DNA of 64,000 nucleotides from an uncultured Acidobacteriota bacterium (lineage in GTDB: Bacteria; Acidobacteriota; Terriglobia; UBA7540), in the NCBI GenBank assembly GCA_963718175.1, contig CAVQYM010000014.1, positions 104,283 through 168,282 on the forward strand, written 5' to 3'. A program made the position numbers and the translations under genes. Every line of letters starts with the position of its first letter. The first letter of the stretch is position 1. The notes under the pieces are model-generated. The model saw only the letters and a program-made list of their open reading frames with translations, was not told the DNA's origin and made no database searches. Shown piece by piece: positions 18,921 through 26,882 of this stretch.

Positions 18921-20483
18921 TCAATGTGGCGGAGTTTCAGGCCGAAAAACGAAGTCGGCGTCCTCGCAATGGAAGTTGCGGTCGAGCCGGTAATTCTGCT
19001 CGATGGCATGCGCAACCGAGTTTGGCCATATACCCTGATCGGTTCGGTTCCTGAGTTCTTCCAAGTCCCGGCCCAGAACGACCAGGTCGATTTTATGCGA
19101 GCGAAGAAGATCAACGATTTTGGTGTCGGGCCAGCCTTCGTCAACTACCATGCGCGTCCAGATCCATGGATCGAGCACCGGCAACGATTTTCCCGCCATC
19201 ACCACGGCGCCGGGATTTTCGGAGAGGATAAGCCCGCCAGGGTAATCCTTCACGTATTCGTAAGCCTGCCCACACTCGGACAACACATTCATTGGATCCG
19301 GGGTCGGCCGGTGAAGATTGAGAACCACCATCGCGGCCAGTAGCGCAGGCATCAGCGTGGAAACGGCGCTCCGAAGATCGGATTGGGTTCGCAAATAGCT
19401 ATAGGCCACTCCCGCACAACAGCAGAGCACCGCCTGCCATTCCAGGAAATAGTAGGATGCCGATGCTGACTTCACCACGCCGAGTGCCATCAGAAAAGAG
19501 GTGCCGAGATAGATGAGAGGGAGGGAAAGTTCAGGACGAGCCCGCACGTAAAACGCAAGCGCCAGGGCCAAGACAACCAGGAGATAGTCGGCGGCGAGCT
19601 GGTTGTGCAGCAGGGAGATCGCGGGTGACAGATCGTAGGGTCGAGCGGCGTTTATCCAGAATGCGCCGAAGGCAAACCAGCCGCCGGTTGCGCGTTGAGC
19701 CCAGAGGAACGCCAGACCCCAGAGCGCCAAGCTACCCGCGGCAAACCGCGTAGCTTTCACTCCCTCTCTTCTGAAAAGCATGTAGAGGAAACACGCAAGC
19801 GGCGCCGCAAGGAAGGTAATCTTGCAGAAAAGTGCGGTCACAAAGAAAGGCACGCCGAGATACCATCGGCGGGATCTCGCGAATAGGTATAGGCCGGTCA
19901 GCGAGAAGGCGAGACCGATCCAGTCGGCGCGAAACTGGGGTAACCACGTCGTTAACAGGGGGCGTGATAGGTAGAGCAGGCCAAATCCCATGCTGACGTG
20001 CGGTGCGCCGCCCCAATGACGCACCAGAAGTGCAATGAGTACCGCACACCAGATGCCTAAGAGCGCAGTCACAATCCTGGGAGCGGTGAAGCTGACGCCA
20101 AAGAGTCTCACGCACAGACCCGCGAGATAGTAAGGCAGCGGGCCAAAGGGATTGGTGACGTAAGGGAACTCGGTCGCCGGCGGATAGGCGGACAACCCGT
20201 GAGCCACGCGGACGCCTACGCCCAACACGGGCCCTTCATCGAAATCCAATTCGTAAGGGAGTGGCACCGCCCGGACAGCAGTGAGGAGGGTAATCAGGCA
20301 TCCCAAGCCCGCCGCCCATAAGAACAGGATTTCGACTTTTTCAAAGAGTACGCGGCTTCTCGGGATAAACATCTCCTCGGTTCCGCACTGAAGTAACGGG
20401 CAAGGGGAATCACCTGGGTATCGCGGGCATTGGGCGCAATACTTTACCCTCGATTCCGGCCCCGGCGCCCATACTACCGGCAT
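18921..20483 (-). CDS. GT-C-like multi-pass membrane glycosyltransferase candidate (paralog family C)
   Basis: Long hydrophobic ORF with acidic first-loop motif YELDFDEGPVLG..PYVTNPFGPLPYY, parallel to DDDEG..PYFVNPYPPLFHY in 43523-45193. C-terminal soluble domain present. True start may be the ATG at 20372. Confidence 0.65.
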   Translation of the reverse strand: MPVVWAPGPESRVKYCAQCPRYPGDSPCPLLQCGTEEMFIPRSRVLFEKVEILFLWAAGLGCLITLLTAVRAVPLPYELDFDEGPVLGVGVRVAHGLSAYPPATEFPYVTNPFGPLPYYLAGLCVRLFGVSFTAPRIVTALLGIWCAVLIALLVRHWGGAPHVSMGFGLLYLSRPLLTTWLPQFRADWIGLAFSLTGLYLFARSRRWYLGVPFFVTALFCKITFLAAPLACFLYMLFRREGVKATRFAAGSLALWGLAFLWAQRATGGWFAFGAFWINAARPYDLSPAISLLHNQLAADYLLVVLALALAFYVRARPELSLPLIYLGTSFLMALGVVKSASASYYFLEWQAVLCCCAGVAYSYLRTQSDLRSAVSTLMPALLAAMVVLNLHRPTPDPMNVLSECGQAYEYVKDYPGGLILSENPGAVVMAGKSLPVLDPWIWTRMVVDEGWPDTKIVDLLRSHKIDLVVLGRDLEELRNRTDQGIWPNSVAHAIEQNYRLDRNFHCEDADFVFRPETPPH

Positions 20484-20562
20484 CGCCCAGGTTTTTCAAC
20501 TGTTCAGGGGGCGTGGAACTGAAAAGGGTCCCGGAGACTGTTGCCATTGGAGGCGGAGGGGG

Positions 20563-21753
20563 TTACCCCAATCTGAATCCAAAGAGGCTTCGGAAAGATA
20601 CCACGTCTGCTGCTGCCATCAGGGCCGATAGGGCTGCCGCCACCCATAGCACGCGCCGGTCACGCGGGATTCTATCCCGTAGCGAAAACAGGAGAATCGG
20701 CAGAACCGGAATTACAAACCTCGGAAAAAACCGAATGATTCCGCCGTAGTTGTACGAAAGGAAAAAGAGCAGATACAGCGAGGTAAACAAGGCCTCGGGG
20801 TGATAGTCGGCCAAAACCCTGTTCCAACTACGTGGCAACCAGACCGCCACCGCCCCGGCCAGCGCTATGATCAACCATGCTACGAACCAGACCAGCCTCC
20901 ACCAGCGAAGGTCGCCATGAAGACCTGCGAGAAAACCCGGAACCATGGCGCCGAAAGGGTAGGTGATCGGCCATCCATTGGATCCCCAGTCGTCTTTGTA
21001 GGCGATGAAACTGGCGAAAGGAGTGCCCATCACCATCCGTACAGGTATGCAGTAGAGAACTCCCACGGCAAGTCCAACCAGGGTAATCGTTGCCAGTTGC
21101 CGGTAACTCCTTCGCCGAGCCAGGACGGCCGCGAAGCTTACCAGAGCAAACACTCCAACCGGCCGCACTGTTGTGCTCAGCGCGGCCAGCAAGGCGGCCA
21201 GGTTCCACCGGCCGGAGCGTGCCAGCAGAAAAGACGCAAAGAGCAAGCACATAAACAACGGTTCACTTCCCGCTCCCAGCGCGCGTTGAATCCACTCGAA
21301 GTTCACCACGACGAAGGTGGCGGCAACCCAGCCCCCGTACAGTCGGCGCACCAGAACACACACGCCCACCGATGCGAGAAACGATATAATTACCGCCGCC
21401 ATTAATCCGGGAATGGAACACAGCTTGGATAACCCCGCAATGACGTACGGGTACCCCCAGAAGAATTGCGCGGATTCTCCACCAGGAAAGCGCCATTGTC
21501 GAATCGTGTTCGCCACGTCCACATAGAACTGCGCATCGAAATGCGGCGCTGCCAGCGTCTCCCAACCACCTACTTTGTAGATGGTCCCAAGGTATATAGC
21601 TGACTCCATGAAGAGAATCAGGAGGATTTCAAGCAGAGAAGACTCGGCGCGGTCGGGGGCAGTGGCGGCATCGAGCGTGCCGGCGGGCATGACTCGGAAC
21701 CAGGATTTCCATTTGGAGTTCATGAGAACGTATATGAGTCCTTCCTCCGGCAT
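20563..21753 (-). CDS. Multi-pass membrane protein, GT-C-like candidate (paralog family A)
   Basis: 396-aa hydrophobic ORF. Long blocks are shared with 38166-39323 (RLYGGWVAA.F...N..WIQ...GSEPLFMCLL.ASFL.AR..RW..AALLA.LSTTVRP.GVFAL). Confidence 0.7.
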   Translation of the reverse strand: MPEEGLIYVLMNSKWKSWFRVMPAGTLDAATAPDRAESSLLEILLILFMESAIYLGTIYKVGGWETLAAPHFDAQFYVDVANTIRQWRFPGGESAQFFWGYPYVIAGLSKLCSIPGLMAAVIISFLASVGVCVLVRRLYGGWVAATFVVVNFEWIQRALGAGSEPLFMCLLFASFLLARSGRWNLAALLAALSTTVRPVGVFALVSFAAVLARRRSYRQLATITLVGLAVGVLYCIPVRMVMGTPFASFIAYKDDWGSNGWPITYPFGAMVPGFLAGLHGDLRWWRLVWFVAWLIIALAGAVAVWLPRSWNRVLADYHPEALFTSLYLLFFLSYNYGGIIRFFPRFVIPVLPILLFSLRDRIPRDRRVLWVAAALSALMAAADVVSFRSLFGFRLG

Positions 21754-21822
21754 ATTGTTGTCATGGCAACCGTAGCACGACCTGCAACTTATTGAGAAGC
21801 GGAGTTTCCCGTATGGGCGGAG

Positions 21823-22986
21823 TTAATGTAAGAGCATGTGAAACACCGCGCGCACATTCAGAGCACTCATGGCGCTTAATAAGCCGGCAACCACACTCAC
21901 TGGCAAAATAACCCATCCTTTGAGGAGACGCAACCGCAGATCCATGACGCTCTGGGGAATGATGGGTATGGAAAAGCGCGGATACTCTCGATACGCCCAG
22001 GTGGAATTGTAACTAACACAGAATGCCGCGAAGAGGAGGAAGAAAGATGACTCCACCTGTCCAGCGACATCGGCAAATGCTTTGCGCCGGCGTTTCCATA
22101 ATGTTACGAGGCCGAAGATTGTCAGCGCCACGTAAAAACCATTCTTGAGATGGTACGTCCATGGCCACCCACCCGTCAGGGCCTCGCGCAGGAGAGGGTA
22201 AAAGGGCAGCGTAATCGGCGAAGCGCTGTACCAGTCATCAGCGTAACCGTTAACCGGGGCCAAAGGATCTTTTGCGGCAAAGATGATCGGTGTGAGATAC
22301 AGTGCTCCCAGAAAACCAGCCATCAGCGCAGACTTCAGCAGGTCTCGCCATCGGCGGTGCCAGAGGAGAATTGCCCCGAGCGCGACGAGTAGGAATATCC
22401 CGGTCGGACGCGTCCATACCGCCAAAGCCGCACACGTCACGGCGCCCAGGGTATGTTCTTTCCTCCACAGCCATAGGGACGCAAAGAGAAAAACGACAAA
22501 GATCGACTCACAGCCACCCAGGCAAATTCGTTGTGTATAGGCGACATTCATAAAGGCAAAGAGCGTCGCGACTCGCCAACCCCATAGTCGGCCGCAAAAA
22601 TACAGGCCAAGAGCACCGCAGGCCACGGTGAGGAGCGGGAGACATCGCGCCACCGGCAAGGAGGTAAGCTTGGACACGATCGCCACGCAATACCCGGTGC
22701 CGCGGTAAAGATAACGAACGTTTTGCAAATCGGGCCCGGAGAACCGCCCCTCCAGAGTGGCTTGAGCAATGGTGAGATAGCCCGCGTTATCGCCGTGATT
22801 GCGGCTCATGTCCCAGAAGTTGTGAACCCTGGTAACAGCCACAATGAAGGTCACACAACAAAGTACGTAGCTCGTAAAGGCGGTGAGAGCGGATAACTCA
22901 TTCGGACGAAGGTCAGCTCGCGCCAGAGTTGCTCCATTCTGGATCGGACCTTTCGATTCAGGCGCAACATCTGAATTCTGGGGCAT
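21823..22986 (-). CDS. Multi-pass membrane protein, distant member of paralog family A
   Basis: 387-aa hydrophobic ORF with the same block order as family A (GWRVATLFAFMNVAYTQ...ESIFVVFLFASLWLWRK...AVWTRPTGIFLLVALG). Confidence 0.65.
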   Translation of the reverse strand: MPQNSDVAPESKGPIQNGATLARADLRPNELSALTAFTSYVLCCVTFIVAVTRVHNFWDMSRNHGDNAGYLTIAQATLEGRFSGPDLQNVRYLYRGTGYCVAIVSKLTSLPVARCLPLLTVACGALGLYFCGRLWGWRVATLFAFMNVAYTQRICLGGCESIFVVFLFASLWLWRKEHTLGAVTCAALAVWTRPTGIFLLVALGAILLWHRRWRDLLKSALMAGFLGALYLTPIIFAAKDPLAPVNGYADDWYSASPITLPFYPLLREALTGGWPWTYHLKNGFYVALTIFGLVTLWKRRRKAFADVAGQVESSFFLLFAAFCVSYNSTWAYREYPRFSIPIIPQSVMDLRLRLLKGWVILPVSVVAGLLSAMSALNVRAVFHMLLH

Positions 22987-23043
22987 GCTCTTGGACTCCG
23001 AGGCAAGGTAGTCGCAATTCCCGTGTTGATTCCAGGACCCGTA

Positions 23044-24825
23044 TTAGCTATCGGGCCGGATTCCTGGAGCAGCAGCACAACGCTCGACAGTCAGCGGTTC
23101 GTGTACCGGAGGCCGTCCCGGCGTGCGGTAGGCAAGCGAAATAGCACTGCGGTTCGTGTAGACCACGTCTGTACAAGAGAGTGAAATCTCCACGGGCGGC
23201 GCATCGGGTCCTACTGTGAATCGATACAAGGGCCCCCGCCCTCTTAAATCCTCCAATGTGTAAATTACCGGACGCGGAGCATAGTAAGACGGAAGGCGCG
23301 AGTTCACGACGTAGATCACGGCATTCGCGGGCAAAATACGGTTTAGAGCGCGAAAGTCCTCTGTAAACGCGACGAACTTGTGCAGGAAGGAGTCACGGCT
23401 TGTAATCCCCAAATCAACCTTGAGGAAGGGCCTTGCGTAGTAGCCCTGCACGGCCAGCCAGGGAAGACACATCGCGAATAGAACCATCCACCCGTGAGCG
23501 ATGAGGCGCGCTCCGAGGCGGGATGGCCACACTACCCAGGCACCGAGGACCAACACGGCATATTGAAGTCCGCCCAGGAATCGGAATTCGTGCGGCAGCA
23601 GCCAGGCCATGAGAATTGCTTGGCCACAAACGAGTCCGAAAAGGACCTTAAAAACCCGTTCGCGCTTCCAGGCCGTGAAGGCTACGACCCCAAAGGCGGC
23701 GACCACTCCCAGCGAAACAGAGGGAGCCAGCCAGACCAGGAGCGGCATCCAGCCTGTCCGATTTGTGTTCACCGAATCGGCGAGTTCGGCGATAACATCC
23801 GGCCCGAAATAGTGCGAATGAAACATGGACGCAGTGGCAAGGCCAAACGGCGATCCGCACTGCATGGTGGTCCACAGGATGATCGGGCCGTAAAACGCTG
23901 CCCATACACCGCCTGCGATCCCGGCCGCTTTCCTCCAGCCCATACTAGCCGCTGCCCGGTGGACACCGATCAACGTGAACACCGCAGAAAGGGGCAGAAT
24001 TGAGATCTTGGTGGAAGCGGCCGCATAAGCGCTCAGGCAAACGAGGACCAATCTGGTTTGCGCCTTCATCTCACCGGTTAGGCCTTCAGGAAGCAAGGCA
24101 AGAAGAAACGCCGTGACCGTCGCCAGATCTCCGAGGGCGTGCGGCCCACTCGTAACGTGCCAGACAGTGGGGTAAAGGCCAACGGCAGAGATCGCCCCCG
24201 TCATCCATCCGGCCGAGGTGCTGCCGGTCAGGTCCGACGCAACACCGGCGATAAGAAGAACCAGCGCTGCGCCCAGTCCCCAACTGACTACGTTTCCGGC
24301 TTCGGGAAATCCAACCGCATGGGCGGCACTGAGCCCCAACTGAAAGCCACACTGCGGGAAGATTGCTGCTTCATAGGGTTCACGATAGAGATATAGCCTA
24401 CCATCTTCCATGACGCGTTTGGGTACCAACATGTGGTAATGCAGTTCGTCAATTTTGGTGGAGGGCGCGACCGCGATCAAAAGGTTGACTGTGACCACCG
24501 CAGTGATCACGGCCATGAACCACCAGTCAGCACGGCGCGTTGTCCTCAGGCCAGGAGCAAAGGCCAGCCTCTTCGTAAGGCCGAATAGACCGCAGCAGCC
24601 AATCACTGTCGCCCCGACGCCGACCAGTTTCACCGCGCCGACCCCTCCCCCCAAGAACAGGACCAGCATCACGGCCAGATCGATGATAGCCACACCACTT
24701 ATGAGGGATGTTGGGAGGCGCCAGCGATGGGGAACCGATCCCAGGAGATGCGTAGCGCCCAGGCCTATGCCGCCGGCGGCGATCAGGCCGAGCAGGCCCC
24801 CGACTAAGGTCTTAACCGACTCCAT
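23044..24825 (-). CDS. Large multi-pass membrane protein, GT-C-like candidate
   Basis: 593-aa ORF that is hydrophobic nearly throughout. Acidic loop motif STKIDELHYHMLVPKR and a ~120-aa C-terminal soluble domain. First gene of the minus-strand gene set. Confidence 0.65.
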   Translation of the reverse strand: MESVKTLVGGLLGLIAAGGIGLGATHLLGSVPHRWRLPTSLISGVAIIDLAVMLVLFLGGGVGAVKLVGVGATVIGCCGLFGLTKRLAFAPGLRTTRRADWWFMAVITAVVTVNLLIAVAPSTKIDELHYHMLVPKRVMEDGRLYLYREPYEAAIFPQCGFQLGLSAAHAVGFPEAGNVVSWGLGAALVLLIAGVASDLTGSTSAGWMTGAISAVGLYPTVWHVTSGPHALGDLATVTAFLLALLPEGLTGEMKAQTRLVLVCLSAYAAASTKISILPLSAVFTLIGVHRAAASMGWRKAAGIAGGVWAAFYGPIILWTTMQCGSPFGLATASMFHSHYFGPDVIAELADSVNTNRTGWMPLLVWLAPSVSLGVVAAFGVVAFTAWKRERVFKVLFGLVCGQAILMAWLLPHEFRFLGGLQYAVLVLGAWVVWPSRLGARLIAHGWMVLFAMCLPWLAVQGYYARPFLKVDLGITSRDSFLHKFVAFTEDFRALNRILPANAVIYVVNSRLPSYYAPRPVIYTLEDLRGRGPLYRFTVGPDAPPVEISLSCTDVVYTNRSAISLAYRTPGRPPVHEPLTVERCAAAPGIRPDS

Positions 24826-25667
24826 GAAATCGTCCCTTCCTCCAGAAAGGCTGGAGCCCGAGGCACGTGCTCCTCAGAACGACCTGCTTGCACTCAAAGC
24901 GAAGGGAGGGGAACCATCGCGAATGGAAAAATGGACCCCTCGTTCGCCCTTCAGCCGAGCTCCGATCCCTAGGAAACCTCCCGGGAATTGGAAGAGCGCC
25001 GGCTTCATGTGGGAACAGGCAAATCGCGTGCTTCATCTGCCTCGCCGAATGAGTATAGACCAAGGCAACCCAAAGTTCGAGCCGCGGAGGCCCGGGAGGT
25101 GCGCGACATAGAAGTTGGGGATTTCTCTTGAGCTCTCATGGCGGTCCCTGCGCGGGGTACGTCAGGCGTGATGCGAGACAGGCGCTGGCGGAGGAAGTAC
25201 CGCGGGCGTCTCGCCCACCGTGGCATGGAGGTCCCGCGCATGTGCCAGCATGGCCAGGCCGGCCCCGCCCGCGAGTTTGTACATTTTGAAGCGCGGAATT
25301 CGTTCCCCAGCGCGCGAATAGTGGCAAAAAGGCTGTCAGTTCCCGTCAAATACGTGCGATTTTGTGTAAATGACGTGTCATTTTGCAGAAAATGTCCGTT
25401 TCTTGGTCGGGCAACTTGTCATCTTTTTGTTTGTTTTCATATACATAACGGCTTCGTTCGTATAAAAAAAGAATTCTTTTTCTTAGAACCCTCGCGGGCC
25501 ACCATGCAACCTCCCCTGCGTCGGATAAATTGTCTCGAGTTTTCCGCGTCGGTCTGGGCATTTATCCTTTCCTCCAGGTGACCCGGTGGGGCTGCCGCGT
25601 TCCCCACCCGTCCCTACCACTAGGCTAAACCAGCGCCCAGGTGAGTCGTCAAGTGAAATCTGGGCGG

Positions 25668-25727
25668 TTTTCCTACCGGTAGGAAAAAATCTTAACCATG
25701 AAGCGCATTTTTCCTGCCGGTAGGAAA
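25668..25727. promoter_or_regulatory. Pair of palindromic candidate operator sites (TTCCTNCCGGTAGGAA)
   Basis: Perfect 20-bp palindrome TTTTCCTACCGGTAGGAAAA at 25668-25687. A one-mismatch copy TTTTTCCTGCCGGTAGGAAA lies at 25708-25727, with centres 41 bp apart. Confidence 0.45.
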
Positions 25728-25812
25728 CCCGGCGTTGCGGCCTCGCGATATTCACCTCCCTTGGCGTCCTCTCACCCCGGCCGGCGCCGCGGGAAGAGTG
25801 CAGAATCTCCAG

Positions 25813-25887
25813 GGCGTGGCCAGGATGGCCACGCTAGGGGGCGGGAGCGGGACGCTCCCTTGACCGCGGGCAGGACGCCCGCGCTAC
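25813..25887. repeat. REP-like cluster of three GC-rich hairpins, the outer two ending in GCTA(C)
   Basis: GGCGTGGCCAGGATGGCCACGCTA, GGGAGCGGGACGCTCCC, GCGGGCAGGACGCCCGCGCTAC. Same hairpin-plus-GTAGCG/GCTAC module as the elements at 45304, 61204 and 62655. Confidence 0.5.
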
Positions 25888-25978
25888 AAGTCTTTGCCCT
25901 GGTCAGCAGGAGAGGCACAACCTCCAACTTCTATGTCGCGCACCCAGGCCCGGGAAATTTGGATTAACGTTCCTTCTG

Positions 25979-26007
25979 TTGACGGGAGGAGTGGCCTTCG
26001 GCAGAAT
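25979..26007 (+). promoter_or_regulatory. Candidate sigma70-type promoter of the plus-strand gene set
   Basis: TTGACG (25979-25984), a 17-nt spacer, then CAGAAT (26002-26007), about 110 nt upstream of the 26115 ATG. Confidence 0.3.
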
Positions 26008-26114
26008 AGGCCATGAGCCCAAAAGCCTGGCTTCAGCCAAAGTCTCGGCTGGAGGGGGTGCGCGCAACAGGGGCCTGCCGAGGATGCAAATTTGCGTCCC
26101 CTCCGTGGTTGACT

Positions 26115-26876
26115 ATGAAACCCAAAGACCTCCTGAAAGCCGTGCTCCCTTCTCCCGCTCGCCACTGGCTAAGGAATCAGCAACGGCGCGTCGAGCGTGT
26201 ACGGCGTGGCGTGCGGAGCGACGCCGACCTGGGCAGCTTGCGCCAGATCACTCCCGTCAACGCCGCCGATTATGGAGCGAGTCGCGGACAATGTATTGAC
26301 CGCCACTACATTGAAAACTTCCTGGCTGCGCACGCGGTCGACGTGCAAGGGCACGTGCTGGAATTCTCTGATGACTCCTATGCGCGCAAATTCGGCGGCA
26401 CCAAAGTGACGCAGAGGGATGTGCTGCACCTCACGGCAGATAACCCACGCGCAACCATGGTGGCCGACTTGGCCGAGGGCGACCCGATCCCTTCTGATAC
26501 CTTTGATTGCATTCTGTGCACGCAGGTTCTCCAGTATGTTTACGACCTTCACGCCGCGGTTCGAACGCTCTACCGCATATTGAAACCCGGCGGCGTGGTG
26601 CTGGTTACGGCGCCCGGCATCCAGAAGATCGACCGCGTCGACATGGAAAAGCACGGAGAATTCTGGCGTTTCACCGACCTCTGTCTGCGCCGGCTGTTCG
26701 AGGAAGTCTTCCCCAAGGGGCAGGTTGATGTCCGGGCTTACGGGAATGTATTGGCAGCCATCGCGTTTCTGCACGGGTTTGCTGTCGAGGACCTCCGGCG
26801 CAAGGACCTGGAATATTGCGACCCGGATTTTGAGGTTACGATCTCCCTGCGCGCAGCGAAGCCGAAGGCGGTTTAG
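26115..26876 (+). CDS. Class I SAM-dependent methyltransferase
   Basis: Methyltransf_11/23-like blocks (VLEFSDDSY, FDCILCTQVLQYVYDLHAAVRTLYRILKPGGVVLVTAP). Start at MKPKDLL (26115); the longer ORF from 26013 lacks support. Confidence 0.8.
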   Translation: MKPKDLLKAVLPSPARHWLRNQQRRVERVRRGVRSDADLGSLRQITPVNAADYGASRGQCIDRHYIENFLAAHAVDVQGHVLEFSDDSYARKFGGTKVTQRDVLHLTADNPRATMVADLAEGDPIPSDTFDCILCTQVLQYVYDLHAAVRTLYRILKPGGVVLVTAPGIQKIDRVDMEKHGEFWRFTDLCLRRLFEEVFPKGQVDVRAYGNVLAAIAFLHGFAVEDLRRKDLEYCDPDFEVTISLRAAKPKAV

Positions 26877-26882
26877 GTTTCC

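Noticed and set aside
25138-25581. A 147-aa ORF (and neighbours 25005-25349, 25483-25755, 25884-26165) in the large intergenic region.
   Set aside because: They run through REP-like repeats and the AT-rich islet. They have no RBS or domain signal and have Arg-rich or low-complexity translations.
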